DNA of 64,000 nt from an uncultured Actinomycetota bacterium (GTDB taxonomy: Bacteria > Actinomycetota > Actinomycetes > Propionibacteriales > Nocardioidaceae). The position numbers and the translations under genes were made by a program. The notes below the pieces were generated by a model that was not told the DNA's origin, searched no databases, and worked only from the letters and a program-made list of their open reading frames with translations. Position 1 is the stretch's first letter; every line of letters begins with the position of its first letter. The stretch covers positions 44,698 through 108,697 of the forward strand of contig CAWGNO010000014.1 in assembly GCA_963823965.1 (NCBI GenBank), in the 5' to 3' direction. Shown in pieces: positions 41,757-50,961 of this stretch.

Positions 41757-42911
41757 TCAGGCCCCTCCCCGCACCGCCTGGTCGATGAGGTCGGCTGCGG
41801 GGTGGATGTCCCGCAGCTCGTCACGTCCGTGCAGGAGTGCGATGAGCGGGGCGGTGATCTCGCCCATCGCGGGGCGGCTGCGCCGGGACCGGCCGCGGTC
41901 GGCCTCGGCGACACCTCTCAGGGGGATGGTGTACCTGGTCAGGCCGTCGCAGACGCTGACCCGGGCTCGGAGACCGGCGCGGCGGATGGTCGTCAGCGCG
42001 GCGTCGTTGTCGGGCTGGACCAGGCAGGTGAGGGTGTCCAGGCCCAGCAGTGCGGCCTCGACGGCGAGTGCGTGGAGCAACCGGGTACCCAGGCCCTGAC
42101 GCTGCCACCGGTCCTCGACCATGATGCCGACCTCGGCGCCGTCGGGACCGGCGGCGAGCACACCCGTGGCGACGATGTCGTCCCCGACGGTGAGCACCAG
42201 GCAGATCCCGGCGGGCGGGTCGAGCAGGCCACGCGCGAGCCGCGGCGTCACGTGCGGCATCGGCACGTGGTACCGGCGGTAGACGGTCTCCTCCGAGCAG
42301 CGGCGGTGCATCGCCACCAGCGCGTTCACGTCCTCCCCGGTGGCCGGTCGAAGGACGACCTGCTCCGGGTCGAAGGACTCGTCCACCGCCTCTGCCCGCA
42401 GGAGCCGAGGGTCGGCGGCGGCGCCCATCATCGACCCGGCCAGCCTGCGCAGCTCGGCGGCGCGGGCGAGCTCGGTGTCGGTGAACGGTGTACGCCGCTG
42501 GAGCCTGACCGACGGCCCGTGGTCGTCGTCGAGCACCAGCGTGTCGAGGCCGGGCAGCCCGTCGGCGGGGAAGGCGTCGAGCAGCCGGCAGAGCTGCTCC
42601 TCGAGACGGTGCGGCTCGTCGGCCAGGACGTGCATCGCGCGCAGGTAGCGCACGGGCTGGTCCTCCAGCGCCTTGGCGGAACAGGCGTCGACGGTGACGT
42701 CCCCGATGCCCGCGAGCTCGAAGAGCTGCTCGACGTCCTGGGCGGTCCAGCCGCCGGGTGAGTGCAGCACGAGCTCGTCGACCACGCGGCCGTCCGGTGC
42801 CGGGAAGACCTGCAGGTTGAGGATGTTGACCCGCTGGTCGCCGAAGCTGACCGCGAGGGCGGCCAGGGCGCCGGGCCTGTCCTCGAGCAGTGCGCGAACC
42901 TGCCACATCAT
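41757..42911 (-). CDS. ACT domain + GNAT N-acetyltransferase
   Basis: N-terminal VRALLEDRPGALAAL (ACT); C-terminal EVGIMVEDRWQRQGLGTRLL (GNAT acetyl-CoA motif). Confidence 0.85.
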   Translation of the reverse strand: MMWQVRALLEDRPGALAALAVSFGDQRVNILNLQVFPAPDGRVVDELVLHSPGGWTAQDVEQLFELAGIGDVTVDACSAKALEDQPVRYLRAMHVLADEPHRLEEQLCRLLDAFPADGLPGLDTLVLDDDHGPSVRLQRRTPFTDTELARAAELRRLAGSMMGAAADPRLLRAEAVDESFDPEQVVLRPATGEDVNALVAMHRRCSEETVYRRYHVPMPHVTPRLARGLLDPPAGICLVLTVGDDIVATGVLAAGPDGAEVGIMVEDRWQRQGLGTRLLHALAVEAALLGLDTLTCLVQPDNDAALTTIRRAGLRARVSVCDGLTRYTIPLRGVAEADRGRSRRSRPAMGEITAPLIALLHGRDELRDIHPAADLIDQAVRGGA

Positions 42912-43028
42912 GGGCGTCTCCTTCTACTCGATGGGTGCACCAAAAGACTCGCCCCGTCTCCTTGCCGGACGAATACGCCGGTGTTTCCGGGCCGTAAATG
43001 TTCGGAAGGTCTTGACGACGGACGGGTT

Positions 43029-43060
43029 TTGAGAGTTACTCTCAAGTGGGAGTAACTTTC
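43029..43060. promoter_or_regulatory. Palindromic operator plus degenerate copy upstream of tetR
   Basis: TTGAGAGT-t-ACTCTCAA (43029-43045), then GTGGGAGTAACTTTC next to the SD. Confidence 0.65.
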
Positions 43061-43071
43061 GAGGAGATGTG

Positions 43072-43656
43072 ATGGCCGGTCTGCGAGAGCTGAAGAAGGA
43101 GCGGACCCGCGAGGCGATCCAGCGCGAGGCGCTGCGGCTCGTCGCCGACCAGGGGTACGACGCCACCACCTGCGAGCAGATCGCCGAGGCGGCGGAGGTC
43201 TCCCCCGCCACGCTCTTCCGCTACTTCGCGACCAAGGAGGACATCGTCCTCCACGACGTCTACGACCCGCTCATCGCCGAGCTGGTCCGGGCGCGCCCGG
43301 CCGACGAGGGACCCCTGACCGCGGTACGCCGAGGGTTCGCCGACGCGTTCGCCGCCGTCTACGAGGCCGACCTCGAGTCGATCCGGCAGCGGACCGCGCT
43401 GATCCTCTCCGTCCCGGCGCTCCGCGCCCGCTCCCAGCAGCAGCAGGAGAGCCTCGTGACGGTCCTGGCCGACGTCCTGGCCGCACGCTCCGGGCGCACC
43501 GACGATCAGCTTGGCATCCGGGTGAGCGCCGCCGCCGTGGCCGCCTCCGTCGCCACCGCCGTCGAGCACTGGGCGGTGACCGGCGGCGACCTCCCCGCCC
43601 ACGTCGACACCGCCCTCGAGGCCCTCGGCTCCCTCGGCAGGAGGTCCCCGGCATGA
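43072..43656 (+). CDS. TetR family regulator
   Basis: LRELKKERTREAI...TTCEQIAEAAEVSPATLFRYFATKEDI. Confidence 0.92.
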   Translation: MAGLRELKKERTREAIQREALRLVADQGYDATTCEQIAEAAEVSPATLFRYFATKEDIVLHDVYDPLIAELVRARPADEGPLTAVRRGFADAFAAVYEADLESIRQRTALILSVPALRARSQQQQESLVTVLADVLAARSGRTDDQLGIRVSAAAVAASVATAVEHWAVTGGDLPAHVDTALEALGSLGRRSPA

Positions 43657-44591
43657 GCACGCCCGCCGTCCACGCACAGCAGGTCACCAAGCACTACGGC
43701 GACGTCGTCGCCCTCGACGGGGTCGACCTCGAGGTCCGCCCCGGCGAGATCTACGCCCTCCTCGGCCTCAACGGCGCCGGGAAGACCACGCTGATCCGGA
43801 TCCTGCTCGGCATGGTCCACCCCGACGCAGGCAGCGTCTCGCTCGGCGGCGTGCCGGTCGGCGACCGGGCGGCCTGGGGGCGGGTGGGGTATCTCGTGGA
43901 GAGCCCTTCGGCGTACCCGGAGCTGACGGTGCGCGAGAACCTCGAGGTGGTACGTCGGCTCCGCCGGCTGCCCGACCGCCGTACCGTCGAGGAGGCCGTC
44001 GACCGGTTCGGGCTCCGTCCGTACGCCGACCGGCGGGCCCGCGCGCTCTCCCTGGGCAACCTGCAGCGGCTCGGCCTCGCCAAGGCGCTCCTGCACCGGC
44101 CCGACCTGGTGATTCTGGACGAGCCCGTCAACGGCCTCGACCCGGCCGGCGTCGTCGAGATCCGCACCCTGCTGCGCGACCTGGCGCACGAGCGCGGGAT
44201 GACCGTGCTCCTGTCCAGCCACCTGCTCGCGGAGGTCGCGAGGCTGGCCGACCGCATCGGCGTGCTCCACGAGGGGCGCATGGTCGACGAGCTCGACGCA
44301 TCGGCGCTGGCCTCGCGCACGCAACGGCGCCTCGAGGTCGGCGCTCGCGACCTCGACCGCGCCGCGCGCATCCTCCAGGACGAGGGCCTGCACCCCCGTC
44401 GCACTGCGGAGGGTCTCGTCGTACAGGACCCCCTCGCCCTGGACCGGCCCGACAGCGTCGCCTCCGCGCTCGTCCTGGGCGGGGAGCCCCCGACCCACGT
44501 CGCCGTCACGGAGGAGGACCTCGAGACCTACTTCCTCCGCCTGGTCGGGTCGGTCCACGACGAGTCCCCGGAGGTCAGCCGTGTTGCGTGA
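43653..44591 (+). CDS. ABC ATP-binding protein (BcrA / lantibiotic-immunity type)
   Basis: GLNGAGKTT, LSLGNLQRLG, LDEPVNGLDPAG, SSHLLAE. Confidence 0.9.
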   Translation: MSTPAVHAQQVTKHYGDVVALDGVDLEVRPGEIYALLGLNGAGKTTLIRILLGMVHPDAGSVSLGGVPVGDRAAWGRVGYLVESPSAYPELTVRENLEVVRRLRRLPDRRTVEEAVDRFGLRPYADRRARALSLGNLQRLGLAKALLHRPDLVILDEPVNGLDPAGVVEIRTLLRDLAHERGMTVLLSSHLLAEVARLADRIGVLHEGRMVDELDASALASRTQRRLEVGARDLDRAARILQDEGLHPRRTAEGLVVQDPLALDRPDSVASALVLGGEPPTHVAVTEEDLETYFLRLVGSVHDESPEVSRVA

Positions 44592-45372
44592 CGTCGCCAC
44601 CGCCCTGGGCGCGGAGCTGCTGAAGGTGCGCCGTTCCCTCGTGCCCTGGGTGACGCTCGGGGCGTTCACCCTCGGCGGGCTCGTGGGCGGGCTCTTCATG
44701 TTCGTGATGCAGGACCAGGACCGCGCCCGATCCCTCGGCCTCCTGGGCAGCAAGGCCCAGCTGTTCGGCGGGACGGCCGACTGGGCCGGGTACCTCTCGC
44801 TGACCGCCCAGATCGTCGCGGTCGGCGGCGCCATGGTGTTCGGCATGGTGATGATCTGGCTGTTCGGCCGCGAGTTCTCCGACCGGACCGCCAAGGACCT
44901 GCTCGCCCTCCCCACCCGCCGCAGTGCCCTCGTCGTCGCCAAGCTCGTCCTGGCTCTGGCGTGGTGCCTGCTGCTCACGGCGTACGTCACCGCCCTGACC
45001 CTCGCCCTCGGCACCGCACTCGGGCTGGGTGGCTGGTCGGGCGAGGCTGCGCTCCGGGGTCTCGGGACGATCCTCGCCGTCGCCACCCTCACGACGGTCC
45101 TGGCCGCGGGGTACGCGCTCGTCGCCAGCGTCGCCCGGGGCTACCTCGCCGCGGTGGGCGCGGTGTTCCTGGCCCTGCTCGCCTCGCAGGTGGTGGCCGC
45201 CCTGGGCTTCGGCCGGTGGTTCCCCTGGTCCGTGCCCGGGCTGCTCAGCGGAGCGGCGGGACCCGACGCGGCACTCCCCGGCGCGGGTGGCGTGACCGCC
45301 GTGCTCGCCGTCGGCGCAGCGTCCGTGGCTGCGACGCTGCTGTGGTGGGAGCGCGCCGACCACGATCGGTGA
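44581..45372 (+). CDS. ABC-2 type permease (BcrB-like)
   Basis: ELLKVRRS, WLFGREFSDRTAKDLLALP, WFPWSVP; six TM segments. Confidence 0.85.
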   Translation: MLRDVATALGAELLKVRRSLVPWVTLGAFTLGGLVGGLFMFVMQDQDRARSLGLLGSKAQLFGGTADWAGYLSLTAQIVAVGGAMVFGMVMIWLFGREFSDRTAKDLLALPTRRSALVVAKLVLALAWCLLLTAYVTALTLALGTALGLGGWSGEAALRGLGTILAVATLTTVLAAGYALVASVARGYLAAVGAVFLALLASQVVAALGFGRWFPWSVPGLLSGAAGPDAALPGAGGVTAVLAVGAASVAATLLWWERADHDR

Positions 45373-45433
45373 CCGCCGGTCGAGCACACGGGTTCGCGGT
45401 GTCGACCCGGACTCCTGGGGGCACCATGTCCGT

Positions 45434-46337
45434 ATGGTCGACAGGCGGGACAGCGCGCGGACGGGCACGCTGACGCGCCTGGCAGCCCTCGCGACGGTCG
45501 ACGCGGCGCTCTTCGCGGTCCTGTACGTCGTCACCGTCCGCACCGTCGACGGCCGGCAGATCGGCGACGCCTCGCTGCGCGGCGCACTCGCCACGAGTCC
45601 AGCCGTCAGGGGCACCGTCGACGCGGTCCTGAACGTCGTGTCGACGGCTTCGCTGCTGGGCGCGGTCGCCGTGGTCGCCCTCATTGCCCTGCTCCGGCTG
45701 GCCCGCGACCAGGGGCTCGCTGCGATCGGCATCCTGGTGGCCGCCAACGTCTCGGCGCTGGTGCTGAAGAACTACCTGCTCCCACGGCCCGACCTCGGGC
45801 TCGACGAGATCGCTCCGGCCACACTGAACAGCCTTCCCAGCGGGCACAGCACGGCCGCGTTCTCCGCGGTGGCGGCACTGCTGTTCGTGCTGCCCCGGCC
45901 CTGGCGTCCGTGGGCGGCCGTCGCGGGAGCCGCCTACGCGACGCGTCACCGGGCTCGCCACCATGTCGGCCGGGTGGCACCGAGCGGCGGACTCCATGGC
46001 GGCCTTCCTCCTGGTCGGTTTCTGGACGACCGTCGCCGCCCTGGTCGTCGTCGTGGCCAGTCCGGCGTCCGGGCGCCCGGCGACCGCCGAGGCCGGGGCG
46101 TCGCCGATCCGTTGGCTGGTCGCGACGGCTGCCGGGTGCCTCACGCTGGGGACCGCTGTCGTCCTGCTGCTGGTGGCCGCGTCACCGGTACGGGAGAGCA
46201 CGGTCGGGACGTGGGTGGCCTTCTTCACCGCAGCGCTGTTCATCACCGGGACGGCGATCGGCGTGCTGATCGGCATCCTGAGAGCCCTCGACCTGATGGA
46301 CGCGTACGGCGGCGTGGAGGCCGTCCGCGAAGGCTAG
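45434..46337 (+). pseudogene. PAP2 family membrane phosphatase, split by an indel at ~45943 (possible sequencing error)
   Basis: LKNYLLPRP (C1), SLPSGHS (C2) in the first frame; GWHRAAD (C3) in the next frame. Confidence 0.75.
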
Positions 46338-47254
46338 GAGAGCAGGCCCTTCTCGACCTCCTCCAGCGCCTCGGCGAGCTCCACGGACGGGGTCCAGCCC
46401 CACCCTCGCGCACGTCGGGTCAGGATGCGCCCGGTCCAGGCGGGTCCGTCGTCCCAGATCGGGTCGACGCCCAGCGCCCCGGTGACCGCCTCGTAGTAGT
46501 CGCGCGCCGTGGCCGGCCCCGCCGCCACGTTGACGACGGTGCAGCCACCCTCCACCGGGCCGCGCTCCGGGTCCGTCGACGTCCTCACCCGGCCCGACCC
46601 CACGTCGGCAGCGAGGGCGGCCAGGTCGTCGACGTGGACCCAGGCGAAGCTCTGATCGGGTACGGCGTGGCGGGCCGCCTCGTCCTCGCGGATCGCGGCC
46701 GGCCGGACGGAGTTCCAGATCGAGCTCTCGCCTTCACCGAGGATGGCCGGCGGACGGAGGATCACGCGGGTCAGCCCGTCGACCGCCGCGAGGGCGGCGT
46801 CGGTGTCGCGCTTGGTCACGGCGTACGCGTTGGCGTCGTCGGCCACCAGCGGGGTGGCCTCGTCGACGTCACCGACCCCGGGTGAACGGTCGTAGACGGC
46901 TGCGGTCGAGATGTGGACCAGACGGGCCACGCCGGCATCCCGGGCCGCACGCGCCAGGACGGGCGTGCCCTCCACGCCGATCCGGTGCTGGGTCTCGAGG
47001 TCCGTGCCCATCGGGTGCACCGTGGTCACGACGGCGTCGGCGCCCTTCACGACAGCGCCCGCGAGGTCGGGGTCGTGGAAGTCGCCCACCCACTCCTCGA
47101 CGCCCGCGAGCGCCGGCGCGGTGCCGGGGCGGCGTACGACGGCACGCACGCTCGCGCCCCGGTCGACCAGAGCCGCGATCGTGCGTGACCCGACGAGGCC
47201 GTTCGCTCCGGTGACCACGACGACAGGTGACGGGGCTGTGCTCGACTCACTCAT
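46334..47254 (-). CDS. NAD(P)-dependent epimerase/dehydratase family protein
   Basis: VTGANGLVG, HISTAAVY, YAVTK, LRPPAILG, WVHVDD. Confidence 0.88.
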   Translation of the reverse strand: MSESSTAPSPVVVVTGANGLVGSRTIAALVDRGASVRAVVRRPGTAPALAGVEEWVGDFHDPDLAGAVVKGADAVVTTVHPMGTDLETQHRIGVEGTPVLARAARDAGVARLVHISTAAVYDRSPGVGDVDEATPLVADDANAYAVTKRDTDAALAAVDGLTRVILRPPAILGEGESSIWNSVRPAAIREDEAARHAVPDQSFAWVHVDDLAALAADVGSGRVRTSTDPERGPVEGGCTVVNVAAGPATARDYYEAVTGALGVDPIWDDGPAWTGRILTRRARGWGWTPSVELAEALEEVEKGLLS

Positions 47255-47290
47255 GCCCGCCACTGTGGCACGGTCCCCCACACGCGCCGT

Positions 47291-47323
47291 CGTCCCGGGC
47301 GGCGCGCACCGCCGTCCGGGACG
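47291..47323 (-). terminator. GC-rich hairpin downstream of the DHFR-like gene
   Basis: cgtcccgg...ccgggacg stem extended to about 14 bp. Confidence 0.5.
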
Positions 47324-47324
47324 C

Positions 47325-47936
47325 TCAGTCCTGGGGCAGGTCCGCCCTGGCCTCCTCGTAGGATCCCGTCGGCGGGTGCGGCTCCGAGGCGTACACCAGG
47401 TGCACGACACCTGTCTCGAACGGCTCAGCCGAGAGCAGCCTGAGGTGTCGAGCAGGCCCGCCCTCCTCGAAGAGCCTCAGCCCCGAGCCGGCGGTGGCCG
47501 GGTGGACGAACAGGTGCAGCTCGTCGAGCAGACCTGCGTCGAGCAGCTGCCGGACGACCGAGACCGATCCGCTCAAGGCGATGCGTCCGATCCCCGGGTC
47601 GTCCTTCAGCTTCCTGACGGCGTCGACGAGGTCCCCCTGCAGCTGCTCGGAGTTCCGCCAGGTGAAGTCCAGCGGACTGCGCGAGGCGACGATCTTGCGC
47701 ATGTCGCCCAGCCGCTTGGCGAACGGTGCGTCGTCCTCGCCGGCGGCCTCCCGTCCGGGCCAGGCTCCGGCGAAGCTGTCGTAGGTCACGCGGCCGAAGA
47801 GCATGACGTCGGCGTCGTGCGTGCGCTCCACAGCGCTTCCCATCTCCTCGTTGAAGTAGGGGAAGTGCCAGTTGCCGACGCCGGGGTCGACGACGCCGTC
47901 GAGGGCCGCGAAGAGGCTGGCAGAGATCGTGGTCAT
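47325..47936 (-). CDS. Dihydrofolate reductase / RibD C-terminal family protein
   Basis: ALDGVV, MLFGRVTY, KIVASRS, SGSVSVVRQLL, DELHLFVHP..GSGLRLF. Confidence 0.88.
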   Translation of the reverse strand: MTTISASLFAALDGVVDPGVGNWHFPYFNEEMGSAVERTHDADVMLFGRVTYDSFAGAWPGREAAGEDDAPFAKRLGDMRKIVASRSPLDFTWRNSEQLQGDLVDAVRKLKDDPGIGRIALSGSVSVVRQLLDAGLLDELHLFVHPATAGSGLRLFEEGGPARHLRLLSAEPFETGVVHLVYASEPHPPTGSYEEARADLPQD

Positions 47937-47951
47937 GGAAGTCTCCTGTCG

Positions 47952-48308
47952 TCAGTCCACGCAAAGGCAGAACGGGTGGCCGGCCGGGTCGAGGAACACT
48001 CGGAACGTCGTACCGGGCTGGTGCTCGTGCTTGGTCGCCCCGAGCTCGAGCACCGCTGCCTCGGCGGCGTCGAGGTCGTCGACGATCACGTCGAGATGCA
48101 TCTGCTGGGGCACCTCCTGGGTCGGCCACACCGGCGGGGTGTAGTCCTGCACCGGCTGGAACGAGATGCACTGACCGTAGTCCGCGCGGACGTCCGCCCA
48201 GTCGGAGGAGATGTCGGCCTTCCAGTCGAGCAGGGCGGCGTAGAACGTGGCGAGAGCGCCCGGGTCCGGACAGTCGATGACGATGCTGGGAAAGCGTGCG
48301 ATGGCCAT
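47952..48308 (-). CDS. VOC (glyoxalase/bleomycin resistance) family protein
   Basis: IVIDCPDPGALATFY, QQMHLD, VFLDPAGHPFC. Confidence 0.9.
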   Translation of the reverse strand: MAIARFPSIVIDCPDPGALATFYAALLDWKADISSDWADVRADYGQCISFQPVQDYTPPVWPTQEVPQQMHLDVIVDDLDAAEAAVLELGATKHEHQPGTTFRVFLDPAGHPFCLCVD

Positions 48309-48370
48309 GCGCGGCACGCTACTCGCGGCCACCGACGACTGCCGCCGGAACGGCTAGGTCGACCTGCACC

Positions 48371-50893
48371 TCAGCCCCGGTCGCGGTGGCGCCGCCAGGT
48401 TCGCTCGACCGCGATCAGGAGTCCTGGGACGACGCTGAGGCCCAGCAGCGTCAGGAACACCTGCCCTGTCACGGGCTCGGTTCCGAGCAGGTCACGCAGC
48501 CACGGCACCAGCACGCCGCCGACCTGGAGCAGGGCGGCCCCCGCGACGGCGAGCTCGAGACCCCTGCCTCGCCACCCGACGCCCTTGCGGGGCGCCCGCA
48601 GCGACAGCGCTACGCCGAGCTGGGACAGGCCGAGGGTGAGGAACACCCACGTCTGCACGTCCTCGCCGCGCGAGAGCGCGAGCAGGCCCGCGACCAGGGA
48701 GACCAGGCCGATCACGATGCCCGAGCCGACGACCTGGCGGCCGAGGCCCTCCCCCAGCACCGACTTCGACGGCGACAGCGACGGCCGCCTCATCACCGCC
48801 CTGTTGATCGGCTCGCCGCCGAAGGCCACGCCGGGCAGGCCGTGGGTGAGCATGTTGATCCACAGGATCTGGGCGGCGTTCAGCGGGAGCGGCATCCCGA
48901 GGAACGGCCCGGCCACGATCACCGCGACCTCCGCGAACCCGCCGGAGAGGCCGTAGCGCAGGAAGGTGCGGATGTTGGAGAAGATGCGGCGCCCCTCGGC
49001 GACGGCGACCACGACGGTCCGCAGGTCGTCGTCGGCGAGCACGAGGTCGGCGGCCTGGCGAGCGACCTCGGTGCCGCGCTGACCCATCGCCACCCCGATG
49101 TCCGCGCTGCGCAGCGCCGGGGCGTCGTTCACGCCGTCCCCGGTCATCGCGACGACGTGGCCGTGGTCCTGCCAGGCCTTGACGATGTCGACCTTCTGCT
49201 CCGGCTTCGTCCGCGCGTACACCCCGATGTCCTCGACCCGGTCGACGTGCTCGCCGCGCGCCACCGAGTCGCCGAGCGCCACCTCCGGCGCCGCGGCGGT
49301 GATCCCGAGGTCGTCGGCGACGGCCCTCGCGGTCGCCGGGTGGTCACCGGTGATGAGCACCAGGTGCACCCCGGCGTCCTGGCAGTCGGCCACGACCTGG
49401 GCGGCCGTCTCGCGCGCGGGGTCGGCGATCGCGGTGAGCCCGACCAGCGACAGCCCTGTCTCGAGTACGTCGGACGCAGGACGTGCCGCGTGGGTGGCCT
49501 CGGCGACCGCGATCACCCGGAAGCCCTGGGCGGCGAGGTCGTGAGCGACGCGACGCGCCTCGTCGACGCCCGTGCCCGGGGCGACGAGCCCGAGGACCAC
49601 CTCGGGAGCACCCTTGCACACCACCAGCCACTGCCCGGAGGACGAGCGGTCGAGCGTGGTCATCCGCTGCCCCTCGCTGTCGAAGGGCACCTCCTCGACG
49701 CGCTCCCACTCCCGCCGTACGTCCGTGGGGTCCACGCCTCCCTTGGTGGCCGCCACGAGCAGGGCTGCCTCCATCGGGTCACCGACGATCCGCCACTCAC
49801 CGTCCTCGGGGCCGTCGAGGTGGGCGTCGTTGCACAGCACGAGGTCACGCAGCAGGTCGTCGCCGGTCCGCGGCTCGATCTCCCCGGCCGTGCCGTACCC
49901 ACGTCCGCTCACCCGGGACTCGCGCCCCGGCGTCCAGAGCCGCTGGACGACCATGCGTCCCTCGGTGAGGGTGCCGGTCTTGTCGGAGGCCAGGACGGTC
50001 ACCGAGCCCAGCGTCTCGACGGCCGGCAGCCAGCGCACGACGGCGGACCTCTGCGCCATCCGGTAGGCGCCGAGAGCCAGCGAGATGGAGACCACCGCCG
50101 GCAACGACTCGGGGATCGCGGCGACCGCAAGGCTGACCGCGAGGATCAGCATCTGCGTCGCCGGCTCCCCGCGGGCGACGCCGAGGGCGAACACGAGCAG
50201 GCACAGCGCCACGACGAGGGCCACGAGCGTGTGCGAGAGCCGCTTGAGGCGCTGCTGCAGCGGGGTAGGCCGAACTCCGGCCCCGGCGATGAGGGCGGCG
50301 ATCTGGCCCAGCCCGCTCCGGACTCCGGTGCGGGTCACCGTCGCCACGGCCCGCCCCTTGGTGAGCACCGTCCCGGCGAGCACCTGGTCACCCACACCGC
50401 GCGTGACGGGGACCGACTCGCCGGTCATCGCCGACTCGTCGATCTGGAGGGCGAACGCCTCGTCCAGGTCCGCATCGGCCGGGACGACGTCGCCCGCCTC
50501 GAGTCGCAGGAGGTCCCCGGGCACCAGGTCCTCGGCGGGTACGACCGAGAGCCTGCCGTCGCGGTAGACCTGGGCGTGCGGGGCGGCCATCCGACCCAGG
50601 GCGGCGATGGCGTGCTCTGCCCGGACCTCCTGGAAGACCCCGATCGAGGTGTTGAGCACGACTACCGCCCCGATGATGGCGGCGTCCGGGTAGTCGCCGA
50701 TCGCGGTCGTGACCACCAGCGCCGCGAGGAGCAGCATGATCATCGGGTCCCGCAGCTGGTCCAGCACCCGCCGGGACCAACCACGAGGGGGCGACTCCGG
50801 AGGGCGGTTCGGGCCGTGCTCGGCCAGCCGGCGAGCCGCCTCGTCCGCGGTCAGGCCGGCGTGCTCGAGGCGAGTGCCCGAGGCCGTGTCCAC
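48371..50893 (-). CDS. Cation-transporting P-type ATPase (P2A-like; start approximate)
   Basis: LAEHGPN, MTGES, AIPESLP, DKTGTLT, PFDS, KGAPE, MTGDGVNDAPAL, LWINM. Confidence 0.93.
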   Translation of the reverse strand: MDTASGTRLEHAGLTADEAARRLAEHGPNRPPESPPRGWSRRVLDQLRDPMIMLLLAALVVTTAIGDYPDAAIIGAVVVLNTSIGVFQEVRAEHAIAALGRMAAPHAQVYRDGRLSVVPAEDLVPGDLLRLEAGDVVPADADLDEAFALQIDESAMTGESVPVTRGVGDQVLAGTVLTKGRAVATVTRTGVRSGLGQIAALIAGAGVRPTPLQQRLKRLSHTLVALVVALCLLVFALGVARGEPATQMLILAVSLAVAAIPESLPAVVSISLALGAYRMAQRSAVVRWLPAVETLGSVTVLASDKTGTLTEGRMVVQRLWTPGRESRVSGRGYGTAGEIEPRTGDDLLRDLVLCNDAHLDGPEDGEWRIVGDPMEAALLVAATKGGVDPTDVRREWERVEEVPFDSEGQRMTTLDRSSSGQWLVVCKGAPEVVLGLVAPGTGVDEARRVAHDLAAQGFRVIAVAEATHAARPASDVLETGLSLVGLTAIADPARETAAQVVADCQDAGVHLVLITGDHPATARAVADDLGITAAAPEVALGDSVARGEHVDRVEDIGVYARTKPEQKVDIVKAWQDHGHVVAMTGDGVNDAPALRSADIGVAMGQRGTEVARQAADLVLADDDLRTVVVAVAEGRRIFSNIRTFLRYGLSGGFAEVAVIVAGPFLGMPLPLNAAQILWINMLTHGLPGVAFGGEPINRAVMRRPSLSPSKSVLGEGLGRQVVGSGIVIGLVSLVAGLLALSRGEDVQTWVFLTLGLSQLGVALSLRAPRKGVGWRGRGLELAVAGAALLQVGGVLVPWLRDLLGTEPVTGQVFLTLLGLSVVPGLLIAVERTWRRHRDRG

Positions 50894-50961
50894 TCCTCCA
50901 TCATCACGACCGGCGGCCTCGGGTCCGAGGGTCTTCCGGCCCGAGATGTCAGACTCGCCGG

